From Zancudomyces culisetae HAW-14-8 (Eukaryota; Fungi; Kickxellomycota), in the NCBI GenBank assembly GCA_052426225.1, contig JBNJNM010000008.1, positions 186,001-250,000 of the forward strand: a stretch of 64,000 bases of DNA. The letters run 5' to 3'. Positions 49,330-60,118 of this stretch are shown here, piece by piece. The notes under the pieces are model-generated. The model was not told the origin of the DNA, ran no database searches, and saw nothing but the letters and a program-made list of their open reading frames with translations. Made by a program: the position numbers and the translations under genes. Within the stretch, counting starts at the first letter, position 1; each line of letters starts with the position of its first letter.

Positions 49330-50100
49330 TTAGGTGAATTTATTAAATAAATATCCCACAAAACTACAAAAAATAATCCTACAAAATATCTACCTACCCA
49401 GTTCCCCTCCGTCGCTCTAGGGACTCCATACCCACCGGGCGTTGGTTCAAGGAGGTTGTTTCTGATCTAAGTCGGTCTAAGATTTGCATCCTCGTTCGAC
49501 ATATTCCGTCCAGAAATTGTGCCGTTACCAGCTCAACCAAAGACGGTGCTTCGGTTTCTCTGTTTTTAGCGGAGAGAGTCACCATTCTTTTTGACTCTCC
49601 TCCAAGGAGCCGTCCTACAAAAAAACTCCGCCATCCTTCACTACTACCTCTCTCCTCACTTCCTATAATTGACATATCTGAGATACGTTCCAGATTTTTA
49701 TACCTAACTCCAGTCCAGTATTTACAGCCCAGTAACATGTGTTCAATGGTTTCTGCGCTGTTTTTTTTAACAAAATGGGCACCTAGTCTTGAACTTTTCA
49801 TATATTATCTTCAACTTTGCCAGCCTCTCTGCTGTTCAGAACCTACCTGTTCTTATTCTCCCTACCGCCATAAGTCCCTGCTTATGTTCAGGGTATATAA
49901 GTTGTAGGTAAATCAAATTACTCATTCCCTCGAGATTCCTGTCTAACAACCATCTTGAGATTTTAGACTTGTCGTTTCGAGAGTATCGTTCTAATAGTAC
50001 GCTCCTCGCTTTTTTATCCTTTTCCGATCCAATATACTTTTTCATCCATTTTTTCGTTCTCGTCACCCAAGTGTTGGATCTGTTTCGGAGCGCATCACTT
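49330..50100 (-). mobile_element. 5'-truncated, decayed non-LTR (LINE-like) retrotransposon 3' end
   Basis: Frame reads TWVTRTKKWMKKY...RIRTGRF*TAERLAK...CPFC, then after a frameshift KKNSAETIEHMLLGCKYW...LLGG. This is the CCHC zinc-binding region downstream of RT in non-LTR elements. It has an internal stop at 49838-49836 and a frameshift near the A-run at about 49770. Boundaries are approximate. Confidence 0.8.
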
Positions 50101-50321
50101 TTTGCTGTTTTAGTCTTGTTAGATCCGAAGCATCACACTCTTCATCTACAACTCACCACATTTACCTCTTGTTTGCATGACCCAAAAAAAGGATGGAGCC
50201 CTTAGCTTTAATATAATCAATGAGTTTACTGTATTTAATCTCAAAAGAAATTACAAAAGAAAAGGAGCGAGAAATATAATTTTTATAGAAAAAAAAGTTA
50301 GCGACAAATAAACAAATTATT

Positions 50322-50945
50322 TTATTTCTTGGCCTTTTGAGCTTCTTGTTCAGCACGGGCCTTAGCAAGAGCATCTCTAACACCGCGGTAGCGTTGGTTG
50401 GCACGGGCTTGACGCAATGTATAGTAAGCATTAGACTTCTTCTCCTCTTCAGTGATAGCACGTGGAGCCTCAGCGACGTAAGTGTTGCTGATTGGTACAA
50501 TTGATCCCTTAACTTGGAGTGTGTTCTTATATTCGGAAACCAACTCTGGTGTGCGCTTCTTATTGTTGCGTGGGAGAACAATGAGTCTTGACTTGTAGTC
50601 TTTCAGTCTCAACACGTTCATGTTCAATGATTCTTCGGAACGGTTGCGGCGTCTGTAGTCAACAACAATACCAACTGATTGAGCAAACTTTGGTGCGATC
50701 TTTGCAGCCTTCAATTCATCGAGAGTGAAACCACGGCCAACTCTGACCTTTCTGTTGTATCTGACGGTTGGGCATCTTACAGCAGGTCGTAGCTTTTCGA
50801 CTGGCTTTGGAGCAACGCGTGCTGCCTTTTCAACTCTGTTTCTGTGGCGACGGAGCTTGCGTCCTGGCTGGTTGAACCAGGTACGTACGCGTTTTTGCCA
50901 TTCTTTACGGAAATGGTTGTTGGGCAATTGGTTGTTGTGCTTCAT
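50322..50945 (-). CDS. RPL13: 60S ribosomal protein L13 (eL13)
   Basis: MKHNNQLPNNHFRKEWQKRVRTWFNQPGRK, RPAVRCPTVRYN, GRGFTLDELK and VDYRRRNRS. Confidence 0.98.
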   Translation of the reverse strand: MKHNNQLPNNHFRKEWQKRVRTWFNQPGRKLRRHRNRVEKAARVAPKPVEKLRPAVRCPTVRYNRKVRVGRGFTLDELKAAKIAPKFAQSVGIVVDYRRRNRSEESLNMNVLRLKDYKSRLIVLPRNNKKRTPELVSEYKNTLQVKGSIVPISNTYVAEAPRAITEEEKKSNAYYTLRQARANQRYRGVRDALAKARAEQEAQKAKK

Positions 50946-51211
50946 CTATATCGAATTTCGTTTAATGTTATTATTATTCTTTCAACTATTGACTCTATGC
51001 TTTTAATTTTAACCCAAAGTATACTGTGCAAGTATTTGAATCCATATTTTAAGATAAAATCAAATCTTGACTAAATCAATTTCCGGATTACAAATCGATT
51101 GTAGATTCAAATGCTCTAAGCAATTCACACCTGTGGATTATCCACAAATCTAGAAATATCCTAGAGCTATACTGATACATAACAACACACACTAATATTA
51201 CGACGGCTTAC
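50946..51211 (-). other. 5'-UTR intron of RPL13 ending immediately before the ATG
   Basis: Donor AAG|GTAAGC at 51211 and acceptor TATAG|ATG at 50946; 266 nt. Confidence 0.75.
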
Positions 51212-52233
51212 CTTCTATTGCTCGTGGTTTCCTTGAAGTATATATTAAGAACAGAAAGAGTGTTACTTTTTATTTAATTTTTTTTTTTTACTAGTTATGT
51301 TTTTGGAATTTTTTTTCTTCAATTTTGCTAGTGATTTAGCTCACCAATAAAAAACGGGTGTTTATTTTTATTTTTATTTCATTTTTTTTTTCATTTTTAT
51401 TAGCTTGTAATTTTTGCAAAATGATTTTTTTTTTGCCCTTTGAAATAGTGGAAGGTTCAGGTGAAATGAGGTATCCCTGACTCAAAGTTGACAGAGTTTC
51501 TGTACCCCATTCACCATAGGCTAAAATTTTTTTTTGCAATTAGTTTATTGAGAATAGTGCAGTATATGAATTGTAATTTTAGTTGTTCAGTTTTGGATCA
51601 GAATTAAATCTTGGGTAAATACGGGTTACAGTTACAGATATTATAGAAGATTGGGTACTGAGACATCATTGCGTTAGGAACTCTGGTACATCTGTAGTAG
51701 CATACTAAGCTTGTTCACGCACTGTTTTATCTGTACTCATATGCAGCAAGTGCTCATGTTGGGAAGAGAAAAAAACATTATAGCACTGCCCTTTTGAGAG
51801 CCACAATATTTTTACTTGCCATATTCTCCTCTTTTTCGAGCTCTTAAAATGATTTTTAGTATCTGGAATGGTTTGTACCTGCTTATATGTTCGAACCAGG
51901 ACATTTTTTGTAACCATCAAGATAAAAGGTTGACCAATTTGGGCGCAAAAATTTCAAGTTTTGAGGCTATAGACATTCTCTTTTTTTCGTGTGATGTAAA
52001 ACCACTTCAAATGTTGATGATCTAGCAAAATTTTTGTAGAAAATTCCATTCGCTTTAATGCAAACAATACTAGCGAATAGAAATAAACTATTTATAAATA
52101 TTAATTGCTTGGAGAAAATAATAATTTAAAAATTAAAAATTAACAACTATAACGTTTTGTAAAAGGTGGAGATAAAAAGGGCAAAGGAAAAAAGTAAAAA
52201 AAAAGTTTTAATAGCTAATAAAAGTAAATCAAG

Positions 52234-53853
52234 ATGGCGGAGCTAAGAACCTCGTTTCCAAATATATACCTTGCCTCCAAATCGTATATAAATGCAAGGG
52301 GCGAGGTCAGATTGGGTCAATCGGGGATAGGTTGGAAGCCAGCTACAGATCAAGATATCCAAACGGTAAAAGCGAGCAAGATTAATGGGATATCTGCAGA
52401 GACGGGATTGCTTGTTATTCAATCGGCTGAGATCCAACAAATAATTTGGCAGCGTGTTGGTAGAATGTATGGAATACGTATTGTTTTGAAAAACGGAACA
52501 AATCACAGGCTAGATGGATTTGATCGCGATGTATACGACGATTTGAAGGAGGCCATAGGTAAATATTTTCACGGGATCACATTAGAAAACCGAGAGCTTA
52601 ATGTAAAGGGTTATAATTGGGGGAAAGCGGAATTTGAAGGAACCAACCTAGTTTTTAGGACAGAGAATAAGCCTACCTTTGACTTGCCCCTTGAAACTGT
52701 CGCAAACACAAACCTTGTGGGGAAAAGTGAAGTTAGTATTGAGCTTCAGAGTGCACCAGAAATTGCTGGAAAAAAAAGGAAGAACCAGTTTGATGAGCTG
52801 GTTGAGATCCGGTTTTATGTTCCAGGAGTTGTTGCAAAGGATATGACAAATAAGGATAGTGGTGGATCTGACCAGGAACAAGAACAAAGCGAGACAAGTG
52901 CAGCTCAGGTATTTTACGAAACAGTTAAAAGCAAGGCGGACTTGGGGCAAATATCAGGAAAGAGTATTGTCAACTTTTCAGAGGTTTTGTGCCTTACACC
53001 ACGCGGTCGATACAATATTGATATGTACCCCAAATTTCTGCGGCTTCGTGGAAAAACTTATGACTACAAGATCATGTATGAGCACGTGTTGAAGCTCTTC
53101 TTAGTAACCAAACCCGATGAGATGCATGTACTATTTGTGATAAATTTAAGTCCACCTATAAGGCAAGGACAAACTCGTTACCCATTTCTGGTATTCCAGT
53201 TTTTAAGGGATGAGGAGAAAGAAGTGGTCTTAAATTTGGACTCCGAAACAATAAAGGATAAATACGACAACCAAATTATGAAAAGATATGAGGAACCTCT
53301 TTACAAAACAATCAGTGAACTCTTCAAGGTTTTTGTTGCCAAGAAACCTATAGTTCCCGATACATACAGAACAATACATGGTGCTCAAGGTGCAAAATGT
53401 TCCTTGAAGGCTAATGAAGGTATACTGTACCCACTGAATCGCGGTATTCTGTTTGTTCCAAAGCCTGCCCAGTTCGTTGCTTATTCTGAAATAAATTCTG
53501 TAGTATTTTCTCGTGTTGGTTCTGGCTCGGCTTCAAGCGGAAGAACTTTTGATATTGTCATCAATTCCCACACCGGTACCGATATTCAATTTTCCAGTTT
53601 CAATAGGGAGGAGTTTGATGGTTTGTTCAATTACTTGAAGGAAAAGAACGTCAAAGTGCTGTCTGATATTTCTGAAAAGGCCACTGTTAGCTACGCTGAA
53701 ACTGATCAAAGCTCAGACGGGGAAGGGTCTGCCCGAGGGGCCCAAGACAGCGACGAAGATGAATCTAGTGTCGATGAGGACTTTGTAGCTGGAAGTGAAA
53801 GTGATGTTCCAGAGGAATATAACGAAGATTACTCCAGCGAGAACGACGAATAA
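52234..53853 (+). CDS. POB3: FACT complex subunit POB3/SSRP1
   Basis: KGYNWGK, LTPRGRYNIDMY, LRLRGKTYDYKI, PPIRQGQTRYPFLV, KCSLKANEGILYPL, RTFD and an acidic tail. Confidence 0.97.
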   Translation: MAELRTSFPNIYLASKSYINARGEVRLGQSGIGWKPATDQDIQTVKASKINGISAETGLLVIQSAEIQQIIWQRVGRMYGIRIVLKNGTNHRLDGFDRDVYDDLKEAIGKYFHGITLENRELNVKGYNWGKAEFEGTNLVFRTENKPTFDLPLETVANTNLVGKSEVSIELQSAPEIAGKKRKNQFDELVEIRFYVPGVVAKDMTNKDSGGSDQEQEQSETSAAQVFYETVKSKADLGQISGKSIVNFSEVLCLTPRGRYNIDMYPKFLRLRGKTYDYKIMYEHVLKLFLVTKPDEMHVLFVINLSPPIRQGQTRYPFLVFQFLRDEEKEVVLNLDSETIKDKYDNQIMKRYEEPLYKTISELFKVFVAKKPIVPDTYRTIHGAQGAKCSLKANEGILYPLNRGILFVPKPAQFVAYSEINSVVFSRVGSGSASSGRTFDIVINSHTGTDIQFSSFNREEFDGLFNYLKEKNVKVLSDISEKATVSYAETDQSSDGEGSARGAQDSDEDESSVDEDFVAGSESDVPEEYNEDYSSENDE

Positions 53854-54017
53854 TTTCTAGAAATATTCGATAAATCCTTTTTCTCTTTTCGGCCTCTTTC
53901 TTCGTATTATTTGGCACTTTGTTTTCCCTCTTTTCAGTTTGTTTTTGTTGCTCAAGTAGTAATAGTGCTATTAAAAATTCCTTTAACCAAAGGTTTTTTT
54001 GTTTTTTTTTTTGCTAA

Positions 54018-57000
54018 CTAATTCATTTGTTTTGCTCTATCTGCTAGTATCACAACAGAAGCCTGTTTGCTAATTCTCTTTGCATGGTTGTATACAGGTT
54101 TTTTTCCGACCAGAGGAGAAGGTACTCTCAGCAGGACAGTGCTTGGGATAAGTTGCTTTTCATTTTTTTCATCCACACTATCTTTTTCGTTTTCCAAACT
54201 TTCATCTTCGCCGTCTTTTTCATTTTTCACACTTCCACCTTCGCCATATTTTTCGTTTTTCACGTTTCTACTTTCACTGTCTATATCGTTTTTCACATGT
54301 TCACTTTGACTGCCTTTTTCGTTTTTGACACTCACGTCTTTACTATGATTTTCAATTTTTACATTTTCATCCTCCTTGCGCGGTGTTTTGCTAAGGAAAC
54401 CAATTACCGATTTTCTGGCTGGCCCAACCCTATGCTTTTCGGAGCAAAATGCTATCATAGGCGTGCTTTTAGTCTTGCCCATTCTTCTAAATTTTATTAG
54501 TGAGTTTCTTTTATGGATTTTGGACAGGTTATTTTGCACTTTTGCACATCCAATGTCATGATCTTGAATTCCTGCCACCATTAGATCAAATCTTTTTTCT
54601 TTGGATCTAAATGTTGCCATTTTGATCTTTCCCGTTGGCGTATCCATACACAGGGTACCTCTAATCCTACACCAATCAGCACCTGGGTCTAAGTAGTTTT
54701 TCATCTTTTTTCGCACACTGTTAGATGCTCGTCCTACCTTAGTCGTTATACATGCATGTTGCATCGAGGGAGTTTTTGGTATGAGGTGTAATGTGTGTTT
54801 CTTGTAAACAGTTTCCGCTATTTGTGCTGTCACTACGGTTGGTACGGTTGGTACGGTTGGTACGGTTGGTACTGATAATGCCAATGGGCTTGTTGGTATT
54901 GTTGGCATTTTTGGGTTTATACTCTTAACTAGAGGGCTTAAAGGAGATGAAGAAGTAGAATTGGAAGTAGAAGTAGAAACAAAGCTTTCCGTGCTTGTTT
55001 CTACCGGAGTATCAGATTCTAACATATCTGCCTCAATTGAGCTGACACTCTCTGGCTTCAACCAAGGAATATATTTAGGTGTGGCTGCATCTGTATCTAG
55101 TGACTGCATCGATTGGTATGCTTCATTCCAGGCATCCGCTACTATTACTAGATGCTCGTTTATGACACTACTCACACTTTGGATAGTTTCAACGTCTGCC
55201 ATTTTTTTGGTAATCGTAAAAGATTGAAAGCTGGGAATCATATCTGCATCGGTAGTACACGACTCTTTATCTTGTACCTGTGTTTCAACCGATGGCGTAG
55301 AATTCTTCGGAGCTAACGCTGAATACGCCGCTGCAATACCTACGTCTTGTTTTGCCATACTCTTTATCAAGCTTATATTTTTTGTTTTGCGTTTTGCCTG
55401 TCTATTTTTTGCTTTTTTCGAGGAATTACTGAGTTCAGAAACTCTATGAATGTCTTTACTGAAACTTCCAGACTCGCTTTGCTCAATTTTGTCACAAAAA
55501 AACTTGTCTATAGATATATTGAGATCTATAGGACCTATGTACTCCAGGTTCAGCATGTAATTGTCTTTGAGATTTGATAGACTGGTTTCCGAGAAAAGCT
55601 CATCAATTTCTTTGCTTTGAATTGTTTCATTAGCACCATTGCTTACGTTTACGTCATTGAAAGAGGATCTAGAGACAAAGTGGAATGTTGATACTAAGGA
55701 TAAACTTGATCGTATCTCAGATATTTTTGATTTCAGTTTTTTTACCTCCCTCTTTCCAAGTCCAAAAAAGGAATTTGTAGCAACTATGGGCTTAAGTGTT
55801 AAGGTATTTAACAGACTATTTTTGGAAAAAGTCTTTTTTAGCTTTTTTTTGTTGACAGTTGGGATCCTAGGTAGTAGCACATTAGCTGTATCCAGAACGT
55901 TGTTGTGAACATTGAAGTAGAGGTTAGACTGTGAGCTTTTGGATCTGTAGACCATACTTAGTCTTTTTTTATTCCCTATCAAAAAAACTGCGTTGCTCTG
56001 AGAAGTAGATAATATGTTTGAAAGAACCAACTCCTCATTAAAGGCGCTTATATCTATATCCTCCATTAATTTACTGTCCTTTCTTTTAGGAATCTCGATA
56101 TATTGGTTTTGATATGTGCTTTTTCTTCTAAGCAAATGATCTACGCCTATGTTCTGTTTTTTACTCGCTCTGGTGCTGGCACTAGATTTTGTATTTATAT
56201 TTACATCTGTTTCATTGTTTTCAGTTTTGTATTTTTTGGCTTTACTCTTAAAGAGATTGTTAAATGCAAATATCTTAAACCTATGACTTTTTTCTTGTTT
56301 TTGGTCTTTGTAAGATTCTCTATTTTGTTTTCTAGACCCACGTAGCGGGCGCATTAGATAACTCTTTAGATTAAACTTAAACTTTTGCTTATCAACAGCC
56401 ATCAAAATCGATTTACTGGCCCGAACACTTGGATTCCTGAAATTAGGAGTACTAACGTTTGTAGCATTTCTAGCATTTCTAGCATTTCTAGTATTAAATC
56501 GCCTTGTTAATATGTTCCCCAAACTTTGGTTTGATTTCACTTTTTGATTTAAAACACTTGAAGGTCTTCGTATTATTTCGGATTTATTAGTATCAGCGAA
56601 TACTGTACCATTCCTGGAATATTTTTTTTCACTTAAAGTATTCCATGTATACTTTTGTGTTTCGCCTTTTGATAAATTCTTGGTACAATCTTTTTGAAAA
56701 GTATTAAAGTATGGAACCCTTTCAATTCCAAGGTCTTTGTACCTGTTTTGGTAACCTGATATAAGTTTCACAAGACGTTTACTGTCTGTAAAGTCTATTG
56801 TGATTGGCCGCTTTATCCTAATATCAGACAGTATATGGATAGTATCTTTACTTTTTGTTATTATCTCGCTTTTGCGGCGGAGATAGATATCTTCGACAGG
56901 GGATACGCCTAAGAGTAGTCCTTGATGCATGTTTTTTCTCCCCATGGGTGAACCCAGTTTTGTGACCTTTAAATCCTGTGCATTTGCATCTTTATTTGTA

Positions 57001-60000
57001 TAACTTTCTTTACAATTATACTTGTTAGTAGAATGGCTTTTTGAAACGCTTCCAGAGTACTCTAGTGAAATTTCAGGGATGGTCGAACTTATCATGGAAA
57101 TTTGTTTGTGAAGGTCCTGGGTCGGACTTTTTAAGCTACTACTGCGTTTAGTGGGTACAAGATCGAGATCATATTTGGTTATATCTATACCTTCGCTGGC
57201 ATTTAATGTTGAAAGATCCAAGAGGGAATCTAACAATTTAGAACTGGCTGAGTATACAAAGCTGTTATTACTATCACTAGAATAGCTGTTTATGACTTTA
57301 TTGCTATTTCCATTTAGCCTTTTACAGGATAGACCGAGTATTCTGTGTAGATCCACAAAATCTGATTCAAAAATTAAACAATTCTCAAGTTCCTTGGACA
57401 TCAATTCCAGCGGTATGTATCTGCTACCAACGTTTATATCCTCTGGACCACACCATATCCTTTTGGAGCTTTTGCTACATCCTCTGCTTTTATTCATCAG
57501 CCCATTCAACAACTGCTTTTTAAATACGGCTATTGGAATTTTCGAAACATGATTTTTTCTATTTTCATAGTTTTGTTGTATGCATTTTCAGTCATGAGTC
57601 TTGGGGTTTTGCCGTTTTAGAGTTTCAGATCTTTAAAATTAAACCCTCAACTAAAAAAACGTTAAATAATATTAAATATAAAAAAAAGCTGCAATCAAGT
57701 ATGTTGATGCAAAGATTTATACATAGAGGGTACAAGGTAGTATATCTAAACATTTTTTTCTTACCCACAGCCTGTTTTTGTAACTGCAATCAACAAGTAC
57801 TTGACGTCATGTTTCTGGGAGATCATTACATTTTTATCGACAGACGATTCATCTCTCTAATTAATATGATAGATTGTTTTTTTTTTTCATTAATATTTGT
57901 TAGCAAGATCATATTTTAGAATGTATTAATATCTGTGAAAGGTCAATATAGTACTTACAGGTATTTTTATAGGAATGTAAAAACTATCTTTCTCCAAAGA
58001 TGTATTTAGAGGATTAGATATTTGATTTTCGTTGATTTTGGTAAACCCAACAACCTTGATGCTTTCTGGTCCAAACTTTTCTTGGTTTTTAATAATCCTG
58101 AGTAACATCAAGCTAACGCTTACAACCTACATTTATTGTTTAAGTATAGTTAATACAAGATACCTTGGTATTAAATAGTACTAAAAAATTTACTTGATAT
58201 GACCACTAGGATTAATAAAAATTTATCTCTTTACCTTATTAACCCCTGTAGAGTTTTTTGTATCGTTTAAAATTTTAAACTTGACATCAATAGACTGTCC
58301 TGATACAAATATTACGCTTTTCAGATGTAATGTTACTTTCATATCTTTTGGTTCGAATGAATCTACAGTTTTCTCCCTTAGCTTTTTTTGGAGCTGTAAA
58401 ATATCGTTCACAGTATAACTGGGTAATATATAAACCCTTGTTCCCAAAGAATGAAGAACATCAGTTTTGCTGTTTTTTTTCTTAACAAGTTGTTGTTTAC
58501 CCTCACCAAGCTGGATAAAACTACAGTTGTAAAATGTTTGGGGTGTTAGTTGGAGATTATTTTTCTAGATATTATTTTTTTATACTTTTTTAATACGCTC
58601 TTTGCACCTAAATAACCATCAACTGACAATCGCTAACCGATAATCAATAGCTGGCATTCTTTAACCTATAATTACTACTATAAATACCTGAGACGCAAAT
58701 ATAATTTTACCTTGATAGATACCAATATGTCAAATATGTGTTGTTTTTTTTTACAAATTCGTTATAGTTAACCGTAAACTCGAACGGCATTGAAATTACA
58801 AACTTGTAGGCATTATCGAAACTACATTCGCATTGAAATAGCGCAAGTAAATCCGAGGGTACGAGTTTATTTACTTCTACAAGAATACCAGTTATACTGT
58901 TTGCACAGTAGTTTCCAAAGTTTCTGTTTTTCATAGCTTTGGTACTCCTATCGCCAATTTGGCTATCTATTTTTGTCAATAAATAGAGGGAGTACGTTAA
59001 TATTATTGAAAAATAATATTTACAACATAGCTGCTTTTTGTGAGCGTGCTTGTCACATATTTTATTTTCCGATTCAATTCTACTTCACTTTCTTCTCTCG
59101 TTTAGCAAAATATGTTATTCTTGTTTTCACATTAAATAGATAAACTAACATACCTATGTTATATTCTACAATCTCGATGTTCATATGCTTTATTAGCTTC
59201 ATAAAGGCAATCAAGTCTAAATCCTTGACCTGCGAGTAAATCGCTATTTCAACCTTGCCTTTTACTATTTCGCCTTCAGATAAAACGAGCTCGGTTGTGT
59301 TTCTCGGTTTGTAGTCAATAACTGTGTTTACTTCTATGTTTGTTATAGAGTTCATAACACTCTGTTTGAATGTACATTGCTTATTTAGTTCTGCAATTTC
59401 GTCGTCACTTGTATTTATGTTTTCTCGGACCCTATCTTTGGTCTGCGGAATGTACTTTGATATTACGTTGTATTCAACCCGATTCTTTTTGTTTGATAAC
59501 GTATTTACGGTTTTAAGGTTATTTGTTGATACGTTTTTTGAAATGTGATATGTTCTTAGCAGCTTTGGTGGCGATACATCATGTTTTGGCATTGAGAACA
59601 CAAAAATTTTGTCTTGTTCAAATGAAAATCTCCCATTTTCATGTCCGGCTACAATATGAAAAAACAAGTTAAAGTGGATTATTAATATTCAATAAAATGT
59701 CTTGATATAAAAGTATCGAATATAGTAAGATATATACAATCATATAACGTTGAAATTACAAAGATACGCATAACAATATCATTAGCATGAATAATAAAAG
59801 TTTACTAGTCAAATTTAGCTTAGGCGTCAAGCAGGAAATATATACTTTTTATTTTTTATTAAAAAACTTACTTAAAGGCATGGATGGAGTATGAGTTTTG
59901 TTTAGGTTGGTAGTGGTTATTACGTTTAGGAGTTTTTTTCTTGCTACCCATAGTTTACTGATTTTGGTTTTCAGAGTATGTCTGTCATCTTTTTTACTCA

Positions 60001-60118
60001 TTGAGTGATTTAAATAGTTTTGTTCAAGAAAAACACAAAAGGAATTCAAATTGTTGTTCATACGTGCGCTTTTTATACTGAGATTATCTCCCATAACCCC
60101 CATATTTTTAACGCTCAT
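54018..60118 (-). CDS. Very large multi-exon protein: arrestin-like N-terminal half plus a disordered tail of about 1,150 aa
   Basis: In-phase exons 60118-59872, 59648-59154, (uncertain exons within about 59080-58600), 58520-58235, 58126-57959, 57856-57765 and 57558-54018. Arrestin-type strands: GEIVKGKVEI, MPFEF, FVSGQSIDVKFKILNDT, VKYLLIAV, KIPIAV. The middle exons are unresolved. Confidence 0.55.
54835..54871. repeat. 9-bp tandem repeat (ACGGTTGGT)n encoding PTV repeats on the - strand
   Basis: About four units are visible; the protein reads VPTVPTVPTVPTVV. Confidence 0.85.

Noticed and set aside
49836-49838. TGA inside the retroelement frame as possible recoding
   Set aside because: The same fragment also has a frameshift and is truncated. 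Ordinary decay (probably TGG to TGA) explains it.
51435-51522. tRNA-Sec or other tRNA reading of the structured island
   Set aside because: No proper D arm, anticodon arm or T-loop arrangement could be built.
51650-51700. TPP-riboswitch-like words CTGAGA and GCGTTAGGAA
   Set aside because: The core ACCTGAT...TAAT P4/P5 elements are missing and there is no thiamine gene nearby.
57512-57630. In-frame TGA (57590-57588, context HD*KC) upstream of the 1164-aa ORF, tempting as selenocysteine or readthrough because some early-diverging fungi use Sec
   Set aside because: A standard TAG acceptor at 57559 lies downstream of the TGA in the correct phase and gives a better arrestin-like join, so the TGA is most likely intronic. 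No SECIS-like element or redox fold was seen.
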